From: Candidatus Omnitrophota bacterium
GTDB taxonomy: Bacteria > Omnitrophota > Gorgyraeia > Zapsychrales > Zapsychraceae
Length of the DNA: 56,000 nt
NCBI GenBank assembly: GCA_003528115.1
Contig: DOGZ01000010.1
Location: 1-56,000 of the forward strand
Direction of reading: 5' to 3'
The position numbers and the translations under genes were made by a program. The notes under the pieces are model-generated. The model saw nothing but the letters and a program-made list of their open reading frames with translations, was not told the DNA's origin and searched no databases. Below are positions 27,997-38,346 of this stretch, piece after piece. The first letter of the stretch is position 1. The number at the start of each line of letters is the position of its first letter.

Positions 27997-29481
27997 CTAT
28001 TCCTTCGGCCTGCAATCGACAATTCTTTTCTCCTTATTAGCGGTCTCCACTTCGAGACGTTTCACCATCTCAGACATTGGCAAAAAATGCACCGCGTTAG
28101 GGGTCACCTCTGTCGTTAATAACATCTGCTTCTTGATATCGTCTTCTATTTTCCCGAGATTGCTCCCGTCCTTGGCCGCGACATAGACATTCAGTTCATC
28201 CACCTCAAAGGGGTCATTATTTTTCTTTCCGATCTCAATCTGCCATTCATCCACGGACGGCATCTCGGAGAGGACAGTATAAAAATGATTCAAATTAACT
28301 AAAGAGCCTTTGATTTTTGATAAATTTAAATCCTTCACGTTCGACAACCGCGTGATATCACTGCTGAGGCGCGGGACCGTCCGTTGGCAATACGGACAGG
28401 GTTCATACGTCAAACCGCCTTTGACAAAATCGCCTGTGCGATAACGGATCACAGCGCTGGCCCTGGCATCAAGGGCCGTATACACCAGTTCTCCATCCTC
28501 TCCTTCGCCCTTCACCTCTCCCGTCTGAGGATCAACCACTTCAAATATCTCTTTATCCGGATAAAGATGGTAGCCGCTGGAGACATCCAATCCCGTCGGG
28601 CACTCAGCCCAGGCCGCCCTGGCCTCGGTAAAACCATAGGTCCCGAAAATAGAAACATCCTTAGCCCCCATGGATGCCAACATCTCAGCGAGCCTGAGTT
28701 TAAAGGCCTGGGGAATTTTAGACGCGCCCAAAACCACTTTCTTAAGAAAATCCATCCGGCATCCCTTTTCTTTGGCCACGCGCATCACATGATAGACATA
28801 ACTGGGGACGCCTAAGAGCACAGAAGGCTTCATCTTCAGCAGCGTCGCGATATTCCCTTCCGTTCCCATGACCTTTCCCCCGCCGGTACTCAAGATCAAC
28901 GTGCACGAAGCAAAACCGCCAAAGACGACCTGCCAAAAGGCCAGATGAGGGGCGTAAGGAAACATATTCACGACCCGTTCAGAATTTTTTATGTCAAACA
29001 GCTTCAGCATCCGGTCGCCGGAGATATGTAAATTGCGGATATCATAATTGCTATAAACAAACGGCACCGGGGTATGCGTGGTGCCCGTCGTAAAGGTCAT
29101 AAAGACAGGCCGGAATTCTTGATTGAAACGATCCTCCACATAAGAAGCGCCGCGCAACGCCCTGGAGAAAACCAAGGCCAACAGTTTAGTCGCGGGCCAA
29201 CAAGAACGAATTCTGTCCTTATCCGGCTGAAAAATGAAATCTCTGAAAGAGTCCGGTTTCTGGTCCGAGGAAAGAAAGTCCGTCTTGGAAGTGAAGGGGA
29301 TATATTTTAAATCTTCCACTGTTCTGATGGTTTTAGGATCAATTTTATGCTGATCAAATACGCGGCGGTAATGAGGACTGAAAGGGTAAAGGCAGGTATT
29401 AATAAAAGAATGTAGTTTGTTATCTTGCAGACGGCGTATATCTTCCCGTGAAGCGCCGGCCAACTTCCTCCATGGATCCAT
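27997..29481 (-). CDS. Phenylacetate-CoA ligase family adenylate-forming enzyme (PaaK/CapK-like)
   Basis: 494 aa; adenylate-forming core (YRTGDFVKG), PaaK-like length and N-terminus. Confidence 0.7.
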   Translation of the reverse strand: MDPWRKLAGASREDIRRLQDNKLHSFINTCLYPFSPHYRRVFDQHKIDPKTIRTVEDLKYIPFTSKTDFLSSDQKPDSFRDFIFQPDKDRIRSCWPATKLLALVFSRALRGASYVEDRFNQEFRPVFMTFTTGTTHTPVPFVYSNYDIRNLHISGDRMLKLFDIKNSERVVNMFPYAPHLAFWQVVFGGFASCTLILSTGGGKVMGTEGNIATLLKMKPSVLLGVPSYVYHVMRVAKEKGCRMDFLKKVVLGASKIPQAFKLRLAEMLASMGAKDVSIFGTYGFTEARAAWAECPTGLDVSSGYHLYPDKEIFEVVDPQTGEVKGEGEDGELVYTALDARASAVIRYRTGDFVKGGLTYEPCPYCQRTVPRLSSDITRLSNVKDLNLSKIKGSLVNLNHFYTVLSEMPSVDEWQIEIGKKNNDPFEVDELNVYVAAKDGSNLGKIEDDIKKQMLLTTEVTPNAVHFLPMSEMVKRLEVETANKEKRIVDCRPKE

Positions 29482-29538
29482 AAAATATCATTCCCCCCCT
29501 TCTGTCGTCCATCGAGCTCGCGGGCTCGTTACAAGTAT

Positions 29539-29730
29539 ACTACTGCACTGTCAAATAAATTTTTTAGCTAACTTCAAGAAAAAGTGCAGTGTTGTACTGT
29601 GTTCCATGATATAAAAATTTAGCTGACGCAGTACTACGGCGCCGTCAAATTAACTGTGAAAGATATTTCTCAAAAAAGGCGCAGTGTTGTACCGTGCCCA
29701 ACTATTAAGTTCAGAAACAACGGTGCACCA
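29539..29730 (+). repeat. Structured intergenic repeat element, tandem dimer (copies B and C)
   Basis: Unit 1 Box1 ACTGCACT / Box2 AGTGCAGT plus hairpin GTACTGTGT...ACGCAGTAC; unit 2 begins CTACGGCGCCGTCAAATTAACT directly after unit 1. Confidence 0.7.
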
Positions 29731-30897
29731 TTATGACTTAACGGTGCTGAGCTGGGCCGCCTTCTTTTCAATAGAAGCCAAGAGGGCATCAAAGGCATCC
29801 TCAAAGGCCACGACCCCGTCTCTGAGCAAATCCTCACAGACATGACGGACATCGATGCCCAAATCCTTCAAGTCCTGGATGACCGCATGCGCCTCTCGAA
29901 CATCGTACGTGAAGGCATCTTTCACATGACCATGATCAAGAAAGGCGTTCAATGTCTTCTCGGGAATCGTATTGACGGTTGGTTGGGCGATTAACTCCGT
30001 TACATATTTGATATCACTATAGGCTGGATTTTTGGTGCTTGTGGATCCCCAGAGGACGCGCTGGACATTGGCCTTTTTGGCTTCCAGGGATTTAAAGGCG
30101 TTACCGGCAAAAAGCTCTTTAAATTTCTCGAAAATGATCCTCGAATTGGCTACAGCCGCCCTCCCCTTAAGAGACTGCACATTGGACTTCTTCGCCGAAT
30201 CGGTCATATCCGCTAATATCTCTTCAAGCTGTTCATCGACGGCGGTATCCATTCGGCTGATAAAGACACTGGCGACGGATCGCACGTGATTTAAATTGGA
30301 GTTTTCTCCGGCGAGACGTTTGAGGCCCCGCAGGTAAGACTGCGCCGTCTCGACATATTGTTCCAGAGAGAAAATTAATGTCGCGTTGACATTAATCCCG
30401 CGCGCGGTTAATTCTTCAACGACTTGAAGACCGGCCTTGGTCGCCGGGACTTTGATCATGAGGTTGGGACGGTTCACTTTCTTAAAAAGCCGAATCCCCT
30501 CATTGACCTGTGGCTCTACCTGGTTCGCTAATTTCGGATTAATCTCCAGACTCACGTACCCGTCGAGCCCATCGGTCTTTTCATAAACAGGGGTAAAGAT
30601 ATCCGCGGCGTCGCGGATGTCCGCCACGGTCAATTCATCATAAATCTCAAATGTGGAACGTCCGCCTTTCTTGAGCTGGAGGATCCTCGCGTCATAATCC
30701 GGGCTGGAACTGATCACCTGATTGAATATCGACGGATTCGAGGTCAACCCCCTTAATCCCTTCGCCACGAGATCTTTCAACTTTCCATTTTCCAGCATCG
30801 CGCGGTTGATATAATCCAGCCAGGCGCTTTGACCAAACTCGGCTAATTCTTGAATGGTTGTATGCGACATCCCTCTCCACCCTTCTCCTGAATTCAA
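29731..30897 (-). CDS. tal: Transaldolase
   Basis: 388 aa; GLRGLTSNPSIF signature. Confidence 0.85.
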   Translation of the reverse strand: MNSGEGWRGMSHTTIQELAEFGQSAWLDYINRAMLENGKLKDLVAKGLRGLTSNPSIFNQVISSSPDYDARILQLKKGGRSTFEIYDELTVADIRDAADIFTPVYEKTDGLDGYVSLEINPKLANQVEPQVNEGIRLFKKVNRPNLMIKVPATKAGLQVVEELTARGINVNATLIFSLEQYVETAQSYLRGLKRLAGENSNLNHVRSVASVFISRMDTAVDEQLEEILADMTDSAKKSNVQSLKGRAAVANSRIIFEKFKELFAGNAFKSLEAKKANVQRVLWGSTSTKNPAYSDIKYVTELIAQPTVNTIPEKTLNAFLDHGHVKDAFTYDVREAHAVIQDLKDLGIDVRHVCEDLLRDGVVAFEDAFDALLASIEKKAAQLSTVKS

Positions 30898-31847
30898 GGA
30901 CGATTCCCGGTTTTTCTTAGAATGACTTTTCTAACCGCCTCGACAATGTCCGCGCTCTTCAAATGATACGCCTCCAAAAGTTCCTGCGGGCTTCCCGTCT
31001 CGCCGAAGCTGTCTTGCACCGCGATCATCTCCATCGGGACAGGACACGTGGTCACCACCACTTCGGCCACCGCACTGCCTAATCCGCCGTTGGCCTGGTG
31101 CTCTTCGGCCGTGACAATGGCCCCGGTCTCCTGGATTGAATCGGCAATCATCTGTGCATCGATGGGTTTGATGGTATGCATATTAACCACTTTCGCGTCG
31201 ATGTTTTCCTTCATTAAAATCTCGGCCGCCTGAAGGGCTTCATACACCATCAGACCGCAAGCGATGATGGTCACATCTTTTCCCGGCCGCATCACATTCG
31301 CCCGGCCGATCACAAAAGGATCCGACGCTTTGGTCAACAGGGGAAACGGCGCCCGGCTCGTCCGTAAATACATAGGCCCCTCTTCCTGAATAATCGCCCG
31401 CGTGGCCTTCTGCGCCTCTAGGGAATCGACGGGGCAGATCACCTTCATGTTTGGTAAGACTCTCATGATCGCGAAATCTTCCAGACATTGGGCCGAGGCC
31501 CCGTCCTCTCCCACCGTCACACCCGTGTGGGAGCAGACAATCTTGACATTGCAATTGTTATAACAAACATCCATGCGGATCATGTCATACGCGCGGTTCG
31601 TCATAAAAACGGCGAAGGAGGTGGCCACGGGAATAAATCCGTGAAAGGTCAGCCCCGCGGCGGTCCCGATGACATCCTGTTCGGCGATCCCCAGATTAAA
31701 AAAACGCTCAGGAAAGGCATCCCTGAAATATTCCGCGCGCGTGGCATCTTCCAGATCCGCTGAAAGCACCACCACTTTTTCGTTTGTCTTGCCGATTTCA
31801 ACAATCTCTTTCCCAAAACCATCCCTCGTGGGTATCATCTCAGCCAT
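30894..31847 (-). CDS. Transketolase, C-terminal subunit
   Basis: 317 aa; pyrimidine-binding and C-terminal transketolase domains; 4-nt overlap with tal. Confidence 0.9.
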   Translation of the reverse strand: MAEMIPTRDGFGKEIVEIGKTNEKVVVLSADLEDATRAEYFRDAFPERFFNLGIAEQDVIGTAAGLTFHGFIPVATSFAVFMTNRAYDMIRMDVCYNNCNVKIVCSHTGVTVGEDGASAQCLEDFAIMRVLPNMKVICPVDSLEAQKATRAIIQEEGPMYLRTSRAPFPLLTKASDPFVIGRANVMRPGKDVTIIACGLMVYEALQAAEILMKENIDAKVVNMHTIKPIDAQMIADSIQETGAIVTAEEHQANGGLGSAVAEVVVTTCPVPMEMIAVQDSFGETGSPQELLEAYHLKSADIVEAVRKVILRKTGNRP

Positions 31848-31861
31848 GCTATTTTTCTCCT

Positions 31862-32698
31862 TTAAACTGATGACTCTTGTTCTAATTCCGCCAGGGCTTC
31901 TTTTAATTTCTCGTCATTGGGCGCCTTGCCGTGCCACTTGCTTTCGCCCTCCATAAAGGAGACGCCTTTGCCTTTGATCGTATGCGCGATGATGACGGAC
32001 GGTTTATCTTTGACCTTTTCGCACGCGTTCAAAGCCTCAATCAAATTTCTAAAATTATGCCCGATGGCCTCCACCACATTCCAGCCGAAGGTTTTCCACT
32101 TCTGGGCGAGCGGCTCCAGATTTTTAATTTCATTCACCGGCCCATTCTCCTGGACTTTATTGTAGTCAACAATCGCGCAGATATTATCCAATTTATGATG
32201 CGCCGCGGTCATGGCCGCTTCCCAAACAGACCCTTCCTGGAGCTCCCCATCTCCGAGCAAACAATACACCCGTTGATCTTTCTTCAGCATTTTAGCACCG
32301 AGAGCGATCCCATTGGCTACCGACAACCCATGGCCTAAGGAACCTGTATTAAACTCAACGCCGGGGACATTGGTGTGCACATGCCCCTGCAACCGGCTTC
32401 CGAATTTTCTGAAGGTCTTTAATTCATCCTTGGGAAAATAACCATAATTGGCCAGGACCGTGTAAATAGCGGGCGTGATATGTCCTTTGGAGATAATAAG
32501 GATATCCCGTCCCTCCCATTGGGGATCTTGAGGATTATGCCGCAATTTACAGGAATAAAGGGAAACTAAAATTTCCACCGCCGAGAGTGATCCGCCGGGG
32601 TGCCCGGAACCGGCGAGATTCAGATGAATGAGAATCTCTTTTCTAATCTGCAAAGCCCTTGCCTTTAATTCCTCGATGTTGATTTCTTTGACTGACAC
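31862..32698 (-). CDS. Transketolase, N-terminal (TPP-binding) subunit
   Basis: 278 aa; GSGHPGGSLS and GDGELQEG TPP-binding motifs. Confidence 0.9.
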   Translation of the reverse strand: MSVKEINIEELKARALQIRKEILIHLNLAGSGHPGGSLSAVEILVSLYSCKLRHNPQDPQWEGRDILIISKGHITPAIYTVLANYGYFPKDELKTFRKFGSRLQGHVHTNVPGVEFNTGSLGHGLSVANGIALGAKMLKKDQRVYCLLGDGELQEGSVWEAAMTAAHHKLDNICAIVDYNKVQENGPVNEIKNLEPLAQKWKTFGWNVVEAIGHNFRNLIEALNACEKVKDKPSVIIAHTIKGKGVSFMEGESKWHGKAPNDEKLKEALAELEQESSV

Positions 32699-32804
32699 GT
32701 GAAAGCTCCTTTTCCGTATTTGATCCCGCGGTTATAACGCGCGAACTCGTGTGGGTTAGAAAATGTTCGCGGTGATTTCATAAAAATTTATAAAATGCGG
32801 TCCA

Positions 32805-34082
32805 TTAAACCTGTTTTTTATCTTTCTTGATACTGCCCATCAATGCCGTCAGTTTTTCCAGGTCCAGTCCGCTCTCCTGAATAAACTGTTGTAAATTCGC
32901 CCCGCCCTCGGCGTCAAGATTCAGGCCGAAAAATTTCTGGGCGTTGGCCCCGCTCATGATCCACTTGACGTCCGCCTGCTGGATCGCCTGGGCAAGGGCG
33001 TTAAATTTCGCGATCATGATCTCCTTCTGGATGTCCAGGATCTTGACATTGATCGCCACATCGTTAAATTCCTTCAAGGCCTCGGCCAATTTCAACGTCC
33101 CCGCGGCGTCCGCCTCTTTCTTGATACGAATAATATCCGCGTCCGCTTTACCGACGCTCATAATCTGGTTGGCCTGACCTTCCGCCTCAAGCGTGTATTT
33201 TAATTTTTGCCCCTGGGCCAACTGCTCCATCTTCTGTTTTTCAATCTCCGCGTGCCCGACATCCAGTCGCCTGATCGCCTCAATCCGGATAGCGTTAGCC
33301 TCTTTCTCTTTACTGGCGATCTCCTGATTCTTAAACTGTTCCGCCATGCCGATCTGTTGATCCTTCTCTATTTGACGTTTGCGGTAGATTTCTTCCGCTT
33401 CCGCCTTAGCCAACTCGGCTTCTTTTGTCGTCGTTGCGACTCTAATCTCCGCGTCCCGCCTGATCTCAGCGGCAATCTTTCTCTCGATATCCGCAATAAT
33501 CGTGCTCTCATGCGCGTCCTTGATATCTTTCAGCTCCAAGTCAACCAATTCAATCCCCCATTTGGGAAACACCTGCTCCACCTCCTTCGTAATCGCCTGA
33601 TCCAGCATTTGCCGGTTCATGTAGATGTCCAAGATCGTTTGTTTCGTCGTGACCGTCCGCCCCACGCTTTCCATAATGGCCCGCAAATCTTCAGAAAGTT
33701 TCATAAAATCAAACCCCAATTCCGCCGACGTATCCGTGAGGATCAACCGTTCAACGGCCAGGTTAATATCATGGATATTAATAAAGCACATGATATCACA
33801 GACGAATTTTGCCATATTTTTATCATTCAGTTTGATGTCGTTCACCGGAATAGCCAGATTGCACAGCGGCAATTTATGCAATTTCGTGATAAACGGCACG
33901 ACCCAATAGGCACTGCGGCCATCGCGAGCGGAAAAAATATTTTTTGAGTTTTGCAAAATCCGAATGTGCGCTTCGTTCACAGGAACCACACGATACAGGC
34001 CTAAGGCCCCTCCTAAAATATGTCTTAGAAAATATCCAATAACGACAGCGCAAACAATCCCGGCGATCATCAAATAATTCAT
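32805..34082 (-). CDS. Flotillin / SPFH (band 7) family protein
   Basis: 425 aa; N-terminal TM, SPFH domain then long Ala/Glu-rich coiled coil. Confidence 0.8.
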   Translation of the reverse strand: MNYLMIAGIVCAVVIGYFLRHILGGALGLYRVVPVNEAHIRILQNSKNIFSARDGRSAYWVVPFITKLHKLPLCNLAIPVNDIKLNDKNMAKFVCDIMCFINIHDINLAVERLILTDTSAELGFDFMKLSEDLRAIMESVGRTVTTKQTILDIYMNRQMLDQAITKEVEQVFPKWGIELVDLELKDIKDAHESTIIADIERKIAAEIRRDAEIRVATTTKEAELAKAEAEEIYRKRQIEKDQQIGMAEQFKNQEIASKEKEANAIRIEAIRRLDVGHAEIEKQKMEQLAQGQKLKYTLEAEGQANQIMSVGKADADIIRIKKEADAAGTLKLAEALKEFNDVAINVKILDIQKEIMIAKFNALAQAIQQADVKWIMSGANAQKFFGLNLDAEGGANLQQFIQESGLDLEKLTALMGSIKKDKKQV

Positions 34083-34174
34083 AAAAATTCCCTTTCCTTG
34101 ATTAAATCTTTTCTTGAAATCCTTTATCCATCATGAGGAGAAACATCTGAATTTATTGGAACCGAATTGTATCA

Positions 34175-34217
34175 TAAAAAAAACGCCCGGTGTTACAGAA
34201 TTTACTGAAAAATACCG
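34175..34217 (-). terminator. Candidate intrinsic terminator downstream of the glycosyltransferase operon
   Basis: Minus-strand CGGTATTTTTCAG...CACCGGGCG hairpin followed by a U8 run. Confidence 0.35.
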
Positions 34218-34242
34218 TCCATTCGACTGCTATCTTACCCGT

Positions 34243-35289
34243 TCATTTTTGCACAAATTCCAACAAGGTTTTCTCAAATTGAACGCGGCTTTTATCAATG
34301 CTGTAATTTTTTGCTAACTTCAGACCATTTTGACGAAGCCGTTCAAACAATCCTGAGTCGCTTAATACCCGATTCAATGCGCGCGCCAAAGATTGCCAGT
34401 CTTCTATGGGGCACACCAAGCCGTTTAATTCATTTTCCACCAACGAAAACGCCTTAGTTGTTATCATGACACAGCCGCACGCCATGGCTTCCAACTGCAT
34501 TAAACCAAAACCTTCATGCCGGGAGGGAGACAAATAAATATCCGCCGCGCTTAAAACACCTCGCAAGGCCTCGCTCTTTAATAAACCCCACTTTTTAATT
34601 TTAAGCCCTTCCACGTTGATATTAGCATTCTCATCTCCGATCACCCACAATTCCCAATCTTTGACGCCCCTCAAACGGGCCAATTCTTCAACAGCCTTTA
34701 TCCCGACATCTAAACCTTTATGAAAATCCGACCGCGCAAACAACACAATCGCAATTGACGCCTTCTTTTCTGTTGCATAACGTGATTTATCTTCGTGATA
34801 AAATATACGATGATCAATGCCATTGGAGACCGACTTGACTCTTCCCTTAGCCAACCGCTCCAACTTTTCTTTCAAATAATCGGAAACAGCAATGGCTCTA
34901 ACCCGAAACAACCAAAAGGCAATGCGATAAATGATCTCCATCATGAAGCGCAAAAGCGGCGAAGAATAATACGTCCTGTCATCATCCTGAGCAAGATAGA
35001 CAATCTTCTTCCCATTGGGAATCGACGCGAATACAGACATAGCAACCAAATCAACCAAAACAATATCGGCATCAAACTTCGTTGATAAAGCAAAACGAAT
35101 CGTCCCCCTCTTTTGTGGATATGGGATCTGTTTTATTTGAATACGCGGATCAATGGGAAAATGTGTATTAACTTCATTCGTCCAATAGACAATTCCGTGG
35201 CCTTTCTGGACAAGATAAGAACAATAATCGAGAACCAGACGATCCCCCCCCCGATTACGAATAGAATGGCGGATGACGACAATTCTCAT
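34243..35289 (-). CDS. Glycosyltransferase family 4
   Basis: 348 aa; GT4 C-terminal domain (SPSRHEGFGLMQLEAMACGCVMITT). Confidence 0.8.
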   Translation of the reverse strand: MRIVVIRHSIRNRGGDRLVLDYCSYLVQKGHGIVYWTNEVNTHFPIDPRIQIKQIPYPQKRGTIRFALSTKFDADIVLVDLVAMSVFASIPNGKKIVYLAQDDDRTYYSSPLLRFMMEIIYRIAFWLFRVRAIAVSDYLKEKLERLAKGRVKSVSNGIDHRIFYHEDKSRYATEKKASIAIVLFARSDFHKGLDVGIKAVEELARLRGVKDWELWVIGDENANINVEGLKIKKWGLLKSEALRGVLSAADIYLSPSRHEGFGLMQLEAMACGCVMITTKAFSLVENELNGLVCPIEDWQSLARALNRVLSDSGLFERLRQNGLKLAKNYSIDKSRVQFEKTLLEFVQK

Positions 35290-35304
35290 AAGCAGCTTCG
35301 ATTT

Positions 35305-36093
35305 TTATTGACGTTTTAAAAAGACAAAACCCATAGCCCATAATTTATCCCAGGCATAAACAATAAAGTCCCATAACGAATTCTTTAAAATAACTTCCAA
35401 TTTCTCATGGAGCGCTGCCATACCCTCGGCATGACTTTTCCCTAGAATGTTATAAAACGCGACATCCCTTTCAAGATATTTGATAGGAATGGATTGCTGA
35501 TAAACTGCCTTTAAGAACCAATCGTAGTCCGCAAGAATTCTATACCTCAAATTAAAAAACCCCACCTTATCAAAAAGTATTTTTCTGCAAAACATCCGTT
35601 GATGACAAATCTGAAATAAGATGACATCTCGTTTTCGGCTAAAAATCGTTCTCCAAGAATTTTTTTGCGGCATTACGAATCCTTCGGGGGCATTAACCAA
35701 TTGAACTTTCCCGAGTATCAACCCTAAAGCATTATTCCCTCTAAACTCACGCGCGACGTCCTCAACAACTCGATCATCACAAAATCGATCATCCGCGTTG
35801 AGAAAGTAAATAATATCCCCCGTCGCTTTAATGACACCTTTATTCATCGCGTCGTAAAGGCCATGATCCTTCTCTGCAATAACCCTGTTAATCCTGTTCT
35901 TATACTTGTTAATAATCTCCGGCGTCCGATCCGTTGATTTGCCATCGACAATGATATATTCAATGTTTTCATAAGTCTGCCCCAATACCGACAGAATGGC
36001 CTGCTCAATATACTTGTCGGCATTCAAGCAAACCGTGATAATAGAAGCCTTCAGGCTATGATTTTCCATTTGCCAATCGCTCGTCAAGCGCAC
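35305..36093 (-). CDS. Glycosyltransferase family 2
   Basis: 262 aa; ASIITVCLNADKYIEQAILSVLGQTY...IIVDGKSTD. Confidence 0.85.
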   Translation of the reverse strand: MRLTSDWQMENHSLKASIITVCLNADKYIEQAILSVLGQTYENIEYIIVDGKSTDRTPEIINKYKNRINRVIAEKDHGLYDAMNKGVIKATGDIIYFLNADDRFCDDRVVEDVAREFRGNNALGLILGKVQLVNAPEGFVMPQKNSWRTIFSRKRDVILFQICHQRMFCRKILFDKVGFFNLRYRILADYDWFLKAVYQQSIPIKYLERDVAFYNILGKSHAEGMAALHEKLEVILKNSLWDFIVYAWDKLWAMGFVFLKRQ

Positions 36094-37207
36094 GGATCAC
36101 GCGCTCCAACGGAATATCTTTGATATCCAGATCCGACGCATATCCCAGCCTATTGCTAAGTCTTCGGTAGTTTTCTAAATTCTTTTCTATCTCCGGATGA
36201 TAGACGGCAATGTATTTATTGGTCATTTCTTCAGGGTAAGGCGTGAATCGCCCAAAATAGTTACCATTGTATATGACTACCACCGGCACATCCATCGCTG
36301 CGGCAAGGTGAGGGGCGCTTGTTTCGTTGGAGAACAGGATCGTTGCATTCCTAATTACCCAACACAACTCGACAAGTGTGGTCTTTCCGATTAAATTGTG
36401 AACCTTCTTTCCAAATTTCATTCTTATTTCTTCTGGATGACCGTCATCCAGGCCACCGCAGATCACTATTTCCAAATGGTATCGATCCCTCAGATACTCA
36501 CCGGCTTTGGCAAAATATTCCATAGGCCATTTTCTACCCTCCGCGCTTGCGCCTATAAAAAGCACGGCATATTTTTTCGGTAATTGTAACTCGCAAGGCA
36601 CAGGCGCGAGCGTCGGTTTTCGGATATCAATCGTCTGTCCAAGGAAATTTTCAAGAAACTCTTTGTTCCTGTAGAATTCAAATAATATTTCTTCTTTGGC
36701 AGGTATTAACTTTGTGTAATATGTATCACTGATCCTTTTTTGCCATTTCGCGATATTACTCCAATCCCCAATGCTCCCGATTTTCTCTTTAGCAGTGACG
36801 AGATTAATAATAGTGTCGCCATAATAAAATTCCCTTGAATAGGTAGGGTGTATTGCAACTTCATATCCTGTGTTTGTGATCTCTCTAAGTTTCTTATATC
36901 TGCATATAAGATCTCTTTCAAATTTTCTCCTGTCTATCCAAATAAACTCATCTATATATTCTTTATCAAAGGCCTCAGCTATTTCCTTCCATGCGATGTT
37001 CCCACACAAAGTTATTTTATAATCTTTGAATTTATCGCTCTCCTTAAGTGCTTTAATAAAATTTCTGAAAAGAATGTAATCGCCAATGGCATCAAGACGG
37101 ATAATTAATAATGAATTTTGAATGACATTCTTTGATTTTGCAAAAGTTGATAACCAGTTAATTGTTTTATATAAAAAATATCTTATGCGCTCTTTTGCAA
37201 ATATCAT
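36056..37207 (-). CDS. Glycosyltransferase family 9 (heptosyltransferase-like)
   Basis: 383 aa; IIRLDAIGDYILF N-terminus and NETSAPHLAAAMDVPVVVIY C-terminus; 38-nt overlap with the downstream GT2. Confidence 0.8.
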   Translation of the reverse strand: MIFAKERIRYFLYKTINWLSTFAKSKNVIQNSLLIIRLDAIGDYILFRNFIKALKESDKFKDYKITLCGNIAWKEIAEAFDKEYIDEFIWIDRRKFERDLICRYKKLREITNTGYEVAIHPTYSREFYYGDTIINLVTAKEKIGSIGDWSNIAKWQKRISDTYYTKLIPAKEEILFEFYRNKEFLENFLGQTIDIRKPTLAPVPCELQLPKKYAVLFIGASAEGRKWPMEYFAKAGEYLRDRYHLEIVICGGLDDGHPEEIRMKFGKKVHNLIGKTTLVELCWVIRNATILFSNETSAPHLAAAMDVPVVVIYNGNYFGRFTPYPEEMTNKYIAVYHPEIEKNLENYRRLSNRLGYASDLDIKDIPLERVIRALDERLANGKS

Positions 37208-38346
37208 AATACAGACAGGGCGGTCATATAATTGTTATATGCCTTCTTCTTAATCTCGGTAAATCTTTCTCCAAAGTTACCTATTACATCTTTAATATCT
37301 TCATATTGGGACATCAAATAATGAGAGTTCGCATCATTCACAAAAACATTTTTAAGACCTATTTCATTTGCCATCTTTGCCCTGGAGTCGTTACCAATGA
37401 CAATTGACGGTTTTCCGTAACTTGCCATCAAAAAGGCGGCATGTACACGGTTCACGATCCCCAGCTTGGCCTTTGCGTAAAATTTCATGTATGCTAAATA
37501 GTCATTGGGCCTATAAAATATTTCCGCGTCCTGATTGATGGACTTTGCCTCATCTACCTCCTTTTGATTATGGCAGGAAAAGATTACCCTTTCAGTCTTT
37601 TTGATTTCATAATAAAATTTTTTAAAATCCTTATGCCATTTTTCAAAGTCGATTTCCTGGCCAAAGGTATAATGGCCCCCTTCTCTCATATAATTAACAA
37701 CGACATACTCGGGATGTTCATCTTTCCACCCATATTCATCAATAGCGAAGATGGAACTGCAGGGAATAAGAGGGGCATCAAGTCCTATACTGTTAAAAAC
37801 TTTTTTAGCCAACGCATCCCTGACCGTCGTTACCTTACATAAGTTAAAAAACTCTTGAATATATTTTGAACATACAGGACATTTACGAAACTCTAAACCG
37901 TCAGAATCATACCGCTGGCATGTTCCCGCCGCTAGATTCAAAAGAATCGTCTTTTCGTTCTTGAGGCATCTCCTATTTATTAATGGAGTGTACCATTCAT
38001 TCTGGGCACAGTGGCCTCCGCCTATTTTGTGGCACCAATAGACTGGGGCACCACTCTGAACGATAATATCAGCATCGAGTACTCGATCTTTTGTCAGCCC
38101 CAAAGGCAGTATTTTATCTATCACCTTACCAAATATGTCAGAACGCAACCATTCAAAACCGTGTCGTACAGTTATGGGTGAATGTTTATGAATATTTTCA
38201 AATATCAGTTCCTGACCAGAAAAATATCTCCTTAGTAGGTATTTTATGCCTTCCCTAACAAAATCATCACCGATATTGTGGTCTACAGTAGTTATAAACG
38301 ATATTCTTTTCATGGTTTTTTTCTTATCCGAGCCTTGGCCATCCAA
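37204..38346 (-). CDS. Polysaccharide pyruvyl transferase family protein (CsaB/WcaK-like)
   Basis: 380 aa; C-terminal RVHAAFLMASYGKPSIVIGNDSRAKMANEIGL matches the PS_pyruv_trans signature; true start may be the internal MKRISFIT. Confidence 0.65.
   Translation of the reverse strand: MDGQGSDKKKTMKRISFITTVDHNIGDDFVREGIKYLLRRYFSGQELIFENIHKHSPITVRHGFEWLRSDIFGKVIDKILPLGLTKDRVLDADIIVQSGAPVYWCHKIGGGHCAQNEWYTPLINRRCLKNEKTILLNLAAGTCQRYDSDGLEFRKCPVCSKYIQEFFNLCKVTTVRDALAKKVFNSIGLDAPLIPCSSIFAIDEYGWKDEHPEYVVVNYMREGGHYTFGQEIDFEKWHKDFKKFYYEIKKTERVIFSCHNQKEVDEAKSINQDAEIFYRPNDYLAYMKFYAKAKLGIVNRVHAAFLMASYGKPSIVIGNDSRAKMANEIGLKNVFVNDANSHYLMSQYEDIKDVIGNFGERFTEIKKKAYNNYMTALSVL

Noticed and set aside
33207-33947. 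246-aa plus-strand ORF
   Set aside because: Antisense shadow inside the flotillin gene; composition driven by the sense-strand coiled-coil repeats
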